Assembly (NCBI RefSeq): GCF_009914755.1
Contig: NC_060926.1
Origin: the human T2T-CHM13v2.0 reference genome, Homo sapiens
Reading direction: 5' to 3' (one strand)
DNA length: 64,000 nt
Shown here piece after piece: positions 13,081 through 25,075 of the stretch. Numbering within the stretch: the first letter of the stretch is position 1; each line of letters opens with the position of its first letter. Made by a program: the position numbers and the translations under genes. The notes under the pieces were generated by a model. That model did not search any database, was not told the origin of the DNA, and worked only from the letters and a program-made list of their open reading frames with translations.

Positions 13081-15614
13081 TCTTTTGTGTGGAATCCTTT
13101 AACTGAGTGCACAGAATTTTTACCTAAGGCTAAGTACTTTGGCATCTTCATTCATAGATTTGAATGGTCTGGAGTCAGAGCTCACCAAGATTTCCCAGGC
13201 ATAGGGGCCATCCTGATGTACACACTATTTCGCAGCCTGCTTATATCACTTAGTGATACCGCACAAACTTCTTTCCACAGTTCCAATTTCTGTATCAACA
13301 GTCTCCTACCTCATTTTCAAAGGCCACAAAGTAGCCCTTGGCGGAAACATGCTATCATTTATTTTACCATTTGGGATGTTTCCATCAATTTTTTTCCCAG
13401 CCAAATAAGGAGTAAATATATATGAAACACCAAGATAGATAAAACAATGTAACTGTAAAATAGCACGTAATGAACAAAAGAAGAGCAGAGAAAGACATTC
13501 AAAAGAATGTGTAATCAGTGAACATTTGTCTCTGCAACAATTCTCTTAAAGAGGCACAAGTAATTTATTTTTTTCAAACTGTCTATCCTGAATGAATAAA
13601 ATAAAAGCTTTGTTGTCTAAAGGAAAAAGCATCAGTGTTCTGAGAAATTTTACTTCTGAGGTGCATCAAAGCCATATAATTCAAATTTGCCTGCAATCTC
13701 TTAAAAAAGAGAGGACAAAGATAAAGCCCAACATTTCCAGACGTCAAGGATTCGAATTCGCGAGATTGATGGTCATAATCCCCACCCCTCTGAACCTAGT
13801 TCTATTTCTGGTCCTCTCGATGTATAAGACAAACAACTGGGAACTTTCCATGCTGGGCTCCAGAGAAAAGTATCTGCCTTTCTCCAAAGCCCTATGTGAG
13901 CTCACAGTCCCCTCAAAATGCCATTTTCCCCATTTCAGGTCCTTCCAGTGGAAAAAGTGGGTAAGTCTGACACAGCCACTGCCAGCTAGTCCTCGGGGCA
14001 GCCATACACCATTAGCAGATCCCTCGCTCCTAAAGGAAGTCATGCCGGCCTACAGTGGAACTCCATTTCCAGTTATTACTGCTAGACAAATGGCTTTTAA
14101 ATTACATCCTAAAAGGCTCACAGGCCATTTGTCTTTGTAAGTAATGGCACAGAAATGCTGCATTACTGCCATCCTCACCCTGCAAAGGGGGTCTGCCTTA
14201 CTAGGGGGATTGTAGGAAGGTGGATAAGAAAGAGACCCAGGAGGCAGAAATACCCAAGGTAGGGGCAGAAACACCCAAGATTTGATGCAGAAAAGTTGCC
14301 AGCTTTTCTGGAGCTGATGGGAGCACGCACACTGGCAAGACCTCTGAGAAGAAAATAGAGGTGGCTTTTCCTGGAAGCTGCCTACATCAACAGAGAGAAC
14401 TGGGGTGGAACTTCCTGGGTGGGAAAGGGGAGCAGGTATAGAGCAGCACCAGAGTGTTATCCAGAGATAAAGCTGGATGGTGGCCATGACCCAGCCTTGA
14501 CCACCAGGCTAGAGAGTCTGGATTTCACCCTAAAAGATGGAAACTTATGAGCAATTGGACTTCCCAAGGAAGTGGCCAGATGCCTGGCCCATGGCCAGAG
14601 ACTGGCTGTGACTCTGAGCTCAGCCCCTGGAGCTCCAGGACTCTCTCCTCACCTTCCTTGGGAGATCTTAAAAGCCAGGAGCTGCTACTTCTACGGGGCT
14701 AGGCGTTAGCTCTGTGACATGTTATGAATAGAAAGACATTAAAGGAAAAATTCCAGCATTCCTCCTCCATGCTCTAAAGCCTTTGTTTACCTTATTATTA
14801 GAGGCCTGTCAGTACTCCTGAGAGCTGACAGGTCTGGAGGGTGAAGGAAGCTGTCACCGCATGGTTTCCACGCTGACAGTCTGTCTGGACTCCGTTTCAC
14901 CACACAGCCAGCCTCGAGGCACCAAGTCACGCTACATCTTTCAGATCTGTGGCCTCCCTAAGGCATAGTGGGACCAGAGCCCCCAGTCTGGAGCCCAGAG
15001 AGTCATAGAGAGGGGCCTCTAAGTCTGCCAAAAACAAAAAGCTGCCAACATTCAGGGATGAAGTTATCATCATCTTGCATTGCTGGCCGTGTCTCGCTCC
15101 CAGAAGGAGGTGCTGCTTGTGTGTAACCTTCCCCTTCTGCTTCCTGTAAGAGATCTGAAGTCCTGTCCTTCATGGAAACAGTCCTCAGCCTGGCTATTTA
15201 AGATACTCCATACACTAACTTCACATCCCTCAAACCAGAGTTGCTCACAGACATGCACATCATGGAGTGCGCAGCCATCGTTTACGTCCAGGAGAGTTGA
15301 TTTTATAAAGATAAAGGGCTTGAAGAGAAACCACTATTTTGATATTAGAACAAACACAGATCTATTGAAAAATAGAATGCAAAAAGGTCATGCATTTTTT
15401 AAGATAACACAAATGCCCAAGGTGTCTGTCATGATGTGGAACTAAGCCCCTAGATTCCTTGGGTTTATGTTTCTGCTCTTCTCTGATATTAGAAATACTC
15501 TGGTGAAAAGTTTAAGAATCACTTTACTAACATGACAAGTTACAAAATAGTTCCCAGTATCCAGTTTCCAGCAAATCTACAGAATAGGGTCGGTGTTTCA
15601 AGTTCTTCATTTAT

Positions 15615-15830
15615 AGCAATAATAAAAAGATATTTATTCACCAGGTCCATCCTAAGCACTTTATATGCATCACATTCTTTAAACATGGCTTCTGTCCAAT
15701 GAAACAAGGATGTTTATTATCACTGTGCAAAGAGTATAAGTGACAAGCCCAAGGTCACGCAGCTACAAAGCAGTGGCACCAAGATTTAAACCCAGTAAAT
15801 ATGGCGCCAGACCCTTCTTTCTTAGCCGTC
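15615..15830 (-). mobile_element. MIR SINE (degenerate)
   Basis: aagtgacaagcccaaggtcacgcagct...gatttaaaccca. Confidence 0.65.
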
Positions 15831-16378
15831 CATCTACACTGACTGTAAAATGAAAGGGGCTGGATCAAATGACTTCAAAACTCTCGAGCCATGTACTCCC
15901 TGGGCAAAGGCACATGGAATGTGATCAGATAAACAGAACTCCTTTCTTATAAAGACAAATCAGAGATGGTCAGGTCATCCTTAGTTCATTCTCCTCCAGT
16001 TTTTGGTAGATAAGAATTTTGAGCTGGGTTTCTGATTAGTGTCAAGTTGAGCAAAATTGAATCCAGGAAGGATTCCTGGAGAAAAACCCTTGGAGTGGGC
16101 TCAGAGAACATGGATCCCAGGGGCTTTCCAAAGCTTCCAGAGTGCTGTGGTAGGATGGGAGTGGCTTCTCAATAGCCACAACCACCTGGAAAGTGAATAG
16201 AGAAGATGACAATCAGGAGACAAACGTGATTTGAAAAAAGGCAGCACAACTAAGTAGTGGACCCAAGAGGAATGCCTGTCTCCCTGTCGGCTCCTTAGGG
16301 GCTCTTGGCAAAGTGGCTCCAAAGGACAGGGGCATCTGATACAGGGCATGTGATACCTGGAATAGACCCTGGCTAGTG

Positions 16379-16446
16379 AGGTTGTGCCAAAATTCTTGCC
16401 TGAACATATTGGATTATAAAATATGTGGATATGACAAGCATATCTG
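16379..16446 (+). repeat. 68-bp dispersed direct repeat, copy A (partner 18211-18278)
   Basis: 66/68 identical to 18211-18278. Confidence 0.95.
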
Positions 16447-17670
16447 TTTCCCCTTCCAAAAGCTACTTCTTGGTCTAGGATGCTGGCCCCAAGACCCAGC
16501 CCTCTGGGACTATTTTTATACAAAGCACAATCAAGGCAGGTTTGAGCCACAGAATCAAGGCAGGGAGCAGACAACCATGCAGGGAATCCAGGGGAAGAGA
16601 GCAAAGGGGAGGGGGTGTGACACAAGATCACTTGGCCTCAGTAAAGAGACATGTGCACAGGAGGAGAGACCCCACAGATCCCACGGTCCCTCAGCTGCTG
16701 TTGCTGGTGGCAGGAGGGGAACGGAGCCACAGGCTGAGAACATGGGCCCTTTAAAAAAAATCATTGACTTGAAGCCTTTCTCCAGCCACTTCTACCAGAA
16801 GTCACCGAGCTTTAGCCACCTCCTCCCTGCAGCAGCACAGGATTCCCCAAAATGCACAACTCAAGATAATGCCCCCAAAGTACATGGCACCACTTGGCCA
16901 AGGATGTGATGCTGGGAAGATCTTTAAAATATTTAACAATTGGTATGACGTGGGCACCAACCCATAAGAACAGCATTCTCACCAAAGGCATCTTCATGTT
17001 GGGTCCCTTCTGCCTTTTCATTTTAACCTTCAGTGATGTCCTCCCATGCAGAGCAGGCAGTCACTCTTACGCCTATCTGCTGAGAATTTTCTCTGTCGGC
17101 AGCATCAGCCTCTCTGTCCCAAATCCCTCCTCATATCTAACACACTTCCCCCAGTGCCTAAGCTTTCTCCTTCAAAGGCCACCAAAGCATGTGACCCAGG
17201 CATCCCTCATTCCAACCTCCCGTTGTCACTCGAGCTTTTTCCTTGAAGTGCCTGCTCCTTTCCTTTGCTGGCCACATCTCCCCATCCTGAGCTCTGCCTT
17301 TGACTTCCTGACTCCAGTAATACTTCCCATGTTGTTGGCATCTCTTCCAGAACACTGTAGTCTGGATTTGGCACTTGATGTTATGAAACTCAGCCCCTGA
17401 CTAGACAGTGCCCTGTGGTGTTCTTTTGACTGCTTCATCCATCAGTTCTGCCACCCCACCGAGGCTGTGCACGCCTGAGGGCAGGGAGCAAGCTTCAGGT
17501 TCTTCTTGTAATCCCCATTGTGTCCCAGGCAGGACTGGGCACTCTGCAGGTGTTCAATGACCATGAAGCAACCAAGTTGACTCGTGCCTGGATACGATTC
17601 CTGGTATAGACACTGATACTCACCTCCATCTTGGGGCTTCGGTTTCCTCATCTGTAAAATTAAACGTTGT

Positions 17671-17853
17671 ACTGTGGTCCTCAACCCTAGCATCACATTA
17701 GAATCACCTGGAAACTTAGAAGCAGTCTCACTAGCCAGGGCCTATTCCAGGGATTCTTTTTGACAAGTGTTGGGTAGGACTGGACATCAGTTTTTGTCCT
17801 TTTTTTAAGTACTGCAGGTGATTCCAATGCACAGCCAAGACTGAGCACACCTG
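17671..17853. mobile_element. MER5B-like hAT-Charlie MITE
   Basis: gtggtcctcaacc...cacattagaatcacctgg...caggtgattccaatgcacagccaagactgag. Confidence 0.75.
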
Positions 17854-18210
17854 AATTAAATCATCAAACAGTCCCATGCAACTCTGTGATTCCATGAGCT
17901 GAACTGAATGGGATGGTGTTCCAAGTGAGCTCATTTGTAACAGAGGGTTTGGTTTCAAGGTCATCCTGATGCACAGGTTGGGGAGAGGCCACAGGTGGGG
18001 ACTGTGGCAATAGCCACTGTCAGAGCTCAAGCCTTGTCATCATCTGTGCCTGTGACAGGTCCTCCCCTGGGTGCTGCTCTTAGGCGATGCATATTTCCAA
18101 AGGACTCCCAGATGCTGAATGAAAGGGTTAAGGACTCCCCAAAACCCACCTCCCCCCAACATATTATGTGCTCTTTAAAATGTCAGGAAAAGTTCAGAAT
18201 TGCTGTTGGC

Positions 18211-18278
18211 AGGTCGTGCCAAAATTCTTGCCTGAACATATTGGATTATAAAATATGTGGATATGACAAGCCTATCTG
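18211..18278 (+). repeat. 68-bp dispersed direct repeat, copy B (partner 16379-16446)
   Basis: aggtcgtgccaaaattcttgcctgaacatattggattataaaatatgtggatatgacaagcctatctg. Confidence 0.95.
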
Positions 18279-18559
18279 ACAGATCAGTTTACCTTATACT
18301 AAGATGATGTTTAAAAGAAAGACATGGTTTTTTTCACTGTTGTGGTTTAAGGGTTTTGTGGTTGTTTTGTGTGTTTCCTCAGTGTTTTCTTTCTTTTCTC
18401 CTTCTTAAAATATTGTCCTGACTTTGAGTTTTGACATCAATTAAAAACTCAGCTAATGAAAAAGCTAAACCCTTGGGAACACATTAAAGACCACTTAGGA
18501 AAGTTGATTCCGGCTCCTTTTTCAAAGCCAAATCTTAGACACCAAACTAAGTTCAATTA

Positions 18560-19200
18560 CAGACGTTCATTATTCCTTGGGTATAAAAGTCTTTTTATAA
18601 CCCTCCCTCATTGTAGGGCTGCATAAATGGAGCATATTCATATTTTCCCTCTCTCTCTTTCTCTTTCTTCCCTTTCCTTCTCTCTCTCCCTCCCTCCCTC
18701 TCTCTCTCACTTGTTGAAACAAGCACAGTAATTGCATTACCAGATTTCTAGGATTAACTTTTGGTTCAAGGAAAAGTGCTGAGTTTGAGCGTGTATCTGT
18801 AATTAGAGGTGGTAGGGTAATTAGCTGCACACAGCTAGACGGTCTGCAAGGGGCCTAGAAGACAGGTCTATTTGTTCTGTTTCATCACATGATTTAATCA
18901 AACAGTGAGTGCCTTGCTCACAGGCCTCACAAAACAAATATTTGCTGATTGATTGGTTCATCAAACAACTGGTCAATTCAGTTAAACCAGCTCTTTGCTG
19001 TCCAGTAAGCCAAGGAAAGAAAAATAATTGACCTAAGTCTTTCACTTTCCAAATGGCTGCTTTGCTGCCTTACAGAAACAACTGCAGAACAGCACATGGT
19101 GGAGGTGTTGAAATCCACTCCTTTCTTTCCCTTTAATGGCTTTCCAAAATAAATAGCATTAAAAATCAATAGGCTACAAAATGAAGCCCAAAATGAAAAT
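18560..19200. promoter_or_regulatory. Candidate developmental enhancer
   Basis: Repeat-free; TAATTG/TAATTA x3, TGCATAAAT, GCATATTCAT, TGATTGATTGG; motif inference only. Confidence 0.4.
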
Positions 19201-20249
19201 CTACAAAAGATATTCATCACTTTGTCTACATGAAGGCCTGCTCTCAAGCAGCCTGCCTCCTTGGGTTCAAGGTATGTCACATCACTGAGAGATGTTTAAG
19301 TCAGTGTATCCCAGGAGCAGAGCTATGTTATCCTAGGGAGGCACCCTCTCCACCACCAGCTCTCCAGAAGCAAATGCGAAGATGCAGTCAAATCTCTGGG
19401 TATTTTGATGTGGACCTGATCACATCTAGATGCAAAGGAGACATGAAGGCCAGATGCTGGTGTCCTGCCAGCTTCCCAGAGAAACCTTTGCTTTCTGTGC
19501 CACCTGTTCATTAGCAGGCTGCAAAAAAACTGGCTGGAAGCCCCACTCTGCCCATTGGTAGAAATCCCCAGTGGGGAGTGCCTATAAGCAAGGCATTCAC
19601 TTTATTTTCCATTCTGGAGCCGCTGTTCAGAGGATATTTGTCTCTGTTGGGCCCAGAAGAAAGAAGTTCGCCCCATAGTAAGGCAGGGTTCCAGCTGTGC
19701 ACAGAAATGCCTGCCCGGAGGCTCTCTGCTGAGGCTGAAGAATGGCAGGGAGGCAGCTTTCCATGAAAAGCAATTTAAAGTGACATGATGTTAAAGGCCG
19801 GCAGTCCAAAAAAAAAGGCAAACATCCCATCACCTGTGAGTGATCCCCTGAGCCCGGGGAACATTTTTTAAAAATCTGTCTCACAATCACCCAGTGTTTA
19901 ACTTGAAGTCCATTTGTTAATTTAGTAAACACAGACATGATATTGACAATATGCCTCTAATCCAGGCAGGAAGGAAGTATCCGGTGTCAGGCAACTCCAG
20001 GCCCTCTCTAGTGCCCCTCACCTGAAGGGCTGCATGAGGCGAGACAGCTCAGACAGCAGGTGGAAGGGCAATGGGGTCAGGGGTTCCTTAACCCTCTGAG
20101 GGCCAGGACACTCTCTCTTGGGAGTCGGGGAGGAATCTGTAAAGATCCTCTCTTCCCATCACCCTTAGCAGTACAAAGTGGTTTACAATTTACAAAACAC
20201 CCTTCATATTTTCTGACTAAAGCTTTCAGGCCTGTCCTATGAGACAAGT

Positions 20250-20639
20250 TGTGATAGTTAATTTCTTACGTCAATTTGGCTGTGCTATAGTGCCCAGATA
20301 TTTGGTCAAACATCATTCTATATGTTTCTGTGAAAGTATTTTTTAGATGAGATTAACATTTAAATCAAGTTAAACGGGCTTTGAGGAAAGCAGATTACAC
20401 TCCATAATGTGGGTGGGCTTCATCTAAACAGCTGAAGGCCTTAACAGAACAAAGAGTTGCCTCCCAGAGCAAGAAGCAATGCTGCCGGCAACCTGCCTTT
20501 GGACTCAGCCCATGACTTGCCCCTGAGTCTTCAGCCTCATGGTCTACCCTGCAGATTTTGGACTTGAACCTCTACAATCATGTGAGCCAATTATTTAAAT
20601 CTTTTTCTCTGTCTTCCCTCTCTTGCTCTCTGTCTACTA

Positions 20640-20676
<37 letters not shown>

Positions 20677-20725
20677 AACACACCCCTTGTTGGTTCTGTT
20701 TCTCTGGAGAACTCTGAATAATACA
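20250..20725 (+). mobile_element. ERVL solo LTR (MLT2C/D-like) with an internal (CT)n(CA)n tract
   Basis: Start tgtgatagttaatttcttacgtcaatttggctg; end ttggttctgtttctctggagaactctgaataataca. Confidence 0.85.
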
Positions 20726-21828
20726 CTGAAAGTGTTTTCAGTCCTGTTTTATGACGAGGAAATGGGCTTAGTGAGACTAGGAACTAACATTGGGCTACTG
20801 TGGTATAAACTGGTCACTCAGAATCAGTGCACTGGGGCAGGTTCACACACGATGACTTCATCATTCAGAAATGTAAAAGTCCAGGGCTGGTAAAGAACCC
20901 AAGAGGACAGGGCTGTGGCCCCTGATGTCAGACAAATATATGTCTTGATCATGTCACTTCTGTTCTTGAAGATTTCTGGGGCTTGTGCCCCCACCTCCTA
21001 CCCCCTTCACCCATTGCTTCTTTCCACGCTGCTGATTAAATCTACCTTCTTTCTTAATTTAACCCCATTTTTTTTGGTGGTGTCATCCACACAAGGAAAC
21101 ATGCCTGATTGTAAAGTTTCTGGCAGGAGGCTTCTCCTTTAAATGACAATTTTAAATAGCATATACACAATGCTCAGAGCACAGGAGATACACTGCATGA
21201 GCAGTCATGTTAGTGGCATCCTACGAATGTAACCTGGGCTTTGTAAACCATAAGGCATTCAACATTCAACAAAGGTAAGGAGTCAACATTATTGTTCTAG
21301 GTTGCAGGACTGAGTGAGGTTGAGAGAACACACAATTCTTAGGTATGAGAAGCAGCTCATAAAATCTTCAAGTCCAAGGTTGAGGCTACTCCATGCTGAA
21401 ATTTTGTTTAAGTAAGATGGTATGAGACAAAAGACCCTGAACTTAAGTAAGTAAATTCTGAACCCCTGGTTCAATCACCTTTCTTTTCCAAACCCTCTCA
21501 CTTCTTTATGGTAAAATAAATAGGGTCCCCTTCTTTATTAAGGAGAATTGTTTTGATTGCAAGAAACAGAAACCAACTCAAGCCAACTTCAACATGCAAG
21601 TGCAGTTCTCACAGAACCCAAGGGCCAGAACAGCTGAGCCTAAGGCAGGCTCTGGAATCAGAAAATGGAAGGCCATGGGGGAACCCAGGAGACTCTTTTT
21701 CTTCCCCCTCCAATGACTTCTTTCTTGTCTCTCTGTAAACTCAGTCCACAAAGTAGAAAGAAGCCTACTCACTGGTCCTAAATTTGTATTTTTCCTTTGT
21801 TCAAAAGTTTAGTCAAGAATGGAATCTT

Positions 21829-22076
21829 GGCTGGACGCAGGGGCTCATGCCTCTAATCCTAGCACTCTGGGAGGTTAAGGTGGGAGGATCACTTGAGTCC
21901 AGGAGTTTGAGACCAGCCTGGGCAACATCACACCAGGCTAATTTTTAAATTTATTGTAGAGATAGGGGTCTCTACAAAAAAATTAAAAATTAGCCTGGTG
22001 TGATGGCACATTTCTGTTGTCCCAGCTACTAGGGAGGCTGAGGTGGGAGGATCACTCAAGCCTGGGAGGTAGAGGT
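21829..22076 (+). mobile_element. AluJ-like element with an internal inverted duplication and a replaced 3' end
   Basis: AluJ-type ggatcacttgagtccaggagtttgagaccagcctgggcaac; fold-back at 21926-22005; Alu homology stops at gaggtagagg. Confidence 0.9.
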
Positions 22077-22744
22077 AAGTGTTATCAGTCCTGTTTTATG
22101 GATGAGGACACTTTTTTAAAAAGAGAAAAAAGAGGAGGAGGAAGAGGAGGAGGAGGAGAACACGAAATATAATCTCTTGTTCCTTATTCCAGATTTTAGG
22201 CTAAGAAATTCTGATGGCCAACGTTTAAGCTAGATGTCCACTCCTCGTCCAGTTAGCTGGTGGGGGATGGTATCAGTTCCACCACCATGGCTGGCAGACG
22301 CCTATTCTCATGACTCATGGCTGTAGAATGTGGACCATGGCCCCCAAATTGGCAACCATACCAGCATTTCTCAGACCTGTCTCTGCATCAGAATCATCTG
22401 GAAAACTTGGGGAAAAAAATACAGATTCCCTAAGCCTATCTGGCACAGAGACCTTGGACTAGTGGCTGCAAGCAGTCTTGTCTACTTTTCCTAGAACATT
22501 CCAGGAATAGAAGAGAATAATCAGTACATTTAGCAGTACTGATTAGTACAGTCCTCCCTACTCTTCCATCCCTACTTCCTCTTACCCCATCCAAATGATT
22601 CTATGCAACTGTTTGAAGACCTGTTTTGGGGAACCACTGTAAAATATCATCAGACAATGCAGAATAAGAGATGCAGAATAATAAGCTAATGACCTTGTAC
22701 ACACTTTTCACTGTGTATCAAGAGCTTTCCCACTTACCAAGTTC

Positions 22745-22900
22745 TTCCTGCCCAGCTGGGCATTGTGCTAGGCTGTTTAATACGTATCACCTCATTGCAT
22801 CCTCACAACCCCATAAGGTACATGCTTTTCATTTTCATTTGACAGACAAAGAAAACAAAGCTCAGAGACGTTAAGTGACTTGCGCAAGCCTTCTTAGTAA
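22745..22900 (-). mobile_element. MIR SINE
   Basis: cctcacaaccccataaggta...gctcagagacgttaagtgacttgcgcaag. Confidence 0.7.
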
Positions 22901-24569
22901 GCGACAAAACCACTTACTTATATATCTGTCTCCTTTGGTTGACCCTTTAGTGCCATGAGGTCATGGGTCAGAGGTGCCTGCTTTTGCCCATCCCAGGATC
23001 CCCAACACTAAGCGTGATGCCTGACATAGGAGAGGTGCTCAATAATGTCTGTGGGTGAATGTCAAGTAAATGAATGGCAGCCTGATGGTCTTTAGGCTGA
23101 GCCACTCCGCGTATCCCAGGGAGAGAGCTTCCCAACCAGCTGGCTGTGACACCTTCCCAAGTCCTGTGGGCTTCTCGGCGGACTGAGCTCCATATCCTTT
23201 CAGCGGCTGGGGCAGCCAGAGCCCTCAGACCTGGAACGTCCTCTGGCTGTTAGCACCTCATCTACTTTCCCTAGAATGTCAAACTATTATGTTCTGCGTG
23301 TGTTATGTTTTGTGAAAGTGGGAAGTATAGCACAATCTCATTTAAAGAGTAAAGATTCGTCCTGCTCATCAAAGATTTGTAAGGTGGGCTGTACCCCCAA
23401 CACAGCTCTTTTTGGTTATCCAAAAGCCATTCTGAGATCTTCAGAAAATTGTTCTGCATTCCCCATGACGGGAGAGTAACTGAATGACAGTCCTTCTGAG
23501 CCAGCAGCCACCTCCCTTGCAGCTAGAGCACCCCAAGGCTTCCTTCACCTGGTCCAGACTTAAACTCAGACCCTAGTGGCAGGGTGCGGACAGGGACAGA
23601 GATGTTGACCGAGGCCAAGGTTGACAGTATCTGGCATTCCTCATATGAAACCCAGAATCTCTAAGGCCGATGCCAGGACGCCAAAATGCCTTTCCTGCCA
23701 GGGGATTATGTTCATTTGCACAGGATCTGAGATAGAAATTCCAAAGAGATGATACTGGAAACCAAAGGCCTATATCATATTAATAATACAGACAGGAAGG
23801 CTCCCCCAGCAGCTGGTAGCAAACATCTATTAAATAAAGAAAGGGACCTGGCCCCAGCCCAAAGCCCACCAATCCAGCCAGGTCATTTCAGATTACAAAT
23901 AGAAACAATTAAACCATATTATAGACCTTGTCTCTTGTTGGCTATTAGGTTTCTGCACTTACATGCTAATTTCTGAGTCAAGGAATCAGAGATCTCCCCA
24001 GATTAGGTATCTACCACCGCTCAGCAGGCTACAAAAGTCAAGCTGTATTTGCACTTCACTTGGATCCTCTGTGTCCACGACGGCTGCAGAGAGAGCTGGA
24101 AGCCAAAGTCAGCTGAGAGCTGCGTTACAAGGCATCAGCTCTGCCTTCAGAGGGCTTGGACCAGAGGCCTGGCTTGGCCACTCACCAGCTGAGTGACTGT
24201 GGGAGAGGCAGAACCCACATTTGAACACTTCTAACTTCAGTCTGCGCAAGCACCCGAGCCCTCACCTTCTCAAAACCCCAATTCTAGTTCCCACCACTTC
24301 TTCAGCCGGAGAGCAGCTAGCTGGCTAAGCTGATGTCAAGAGTGGACAATGACATCTTTAAATAGTATGGGTTCAAATGTAGATGAATAAAACTTCAGCC
24401 TTCTTATCTATGAAACGAAAATATAATAACCCCTGCCTGGATTCTGGACTATCTGGGTTCATATTCTTGCTCAGGTCACTAGTTGTATAACTTTAATTAC
24501 TTAAATTCTTGTGGTCTCAATTTCCTCATCCATAAAATGGGAACTGCCTTCTAGAAAAAGGTAATGAGA

Positions 24570-24730
24570 TTGTTGTATTTCTTCTTCTGCAAACCTCTAA
24601 TTCTTGTCCTTTGTCCATTTTTCTTTTGGGACATACCTTTTATTGATTTTTAAAGCTCTTTCTATGTGATAAACTTTAACCTTCATAGATGCCATATTTT
24701 TTTCTTAGTTTGTCATTTGTTTATGGTATA
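24570..24730 (-). mobile_element. Ancient L1M(E) fragment between MIR pieces
   Basis: ttgtcctttgtccatttttc...tattgatttttaaagctctttctat...ttagtttgtcatttgt resembles old L1 on the antisense strand. Confidence 0.55.
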
Positions 24731-25055
24731 TAAAATGCTTAGCATGGTGACTAACACATTGGCAGTAATTTTGTTATTGAGAAGTGGTTTTTAAGTGGGA
24801 AAGTTCCATACAAAAAATGAGCCATCATTATTTTAATATTACCAACAAGAATACGGCCGGACCCAAAGAAAAGGAGCTCCACCTTCCTGGAAAACTGAAA
24901 GAAATGAGAACTGTCTGGAAGGAGACAGTGGTGTGAAGACAGACAAGGCTGGCTGTGGCTTTTCCAGAGAGACCTTGAAAATGAAGGACTCTCCTTGAAC
25001 AAGAATATATCCCACCCCATCTATGTCGCCGTCCCTCCCTCCCTTCCTCTCTTCC

Positions 25056-25075
25056 ACACACACACACACACACAC
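25056..25075. repeat. (CA)n microsatellite
   Basis: About 10 CA units. Confidence 0.9.

Noticed and set aside
13592-14140. 182-aa ATG ORF
   Set aside because: No recognisable domain or coding-like composition; length is plausible by chance in 64 kb.
14238-14281. ~22-bp tandem duplication (ggcagaaatacccaag / ggcagaaacacccaag)
   Set aside because: Ordinary slippage duplication with no further structure.
16101-17400. Overlapping ORFs of 168-177 aa on both strands
   Set aside because: No recognisable homology; the shared peptide CQNSCLNILDYKICGYDK simply reflects the 68-bp DNA duplication.
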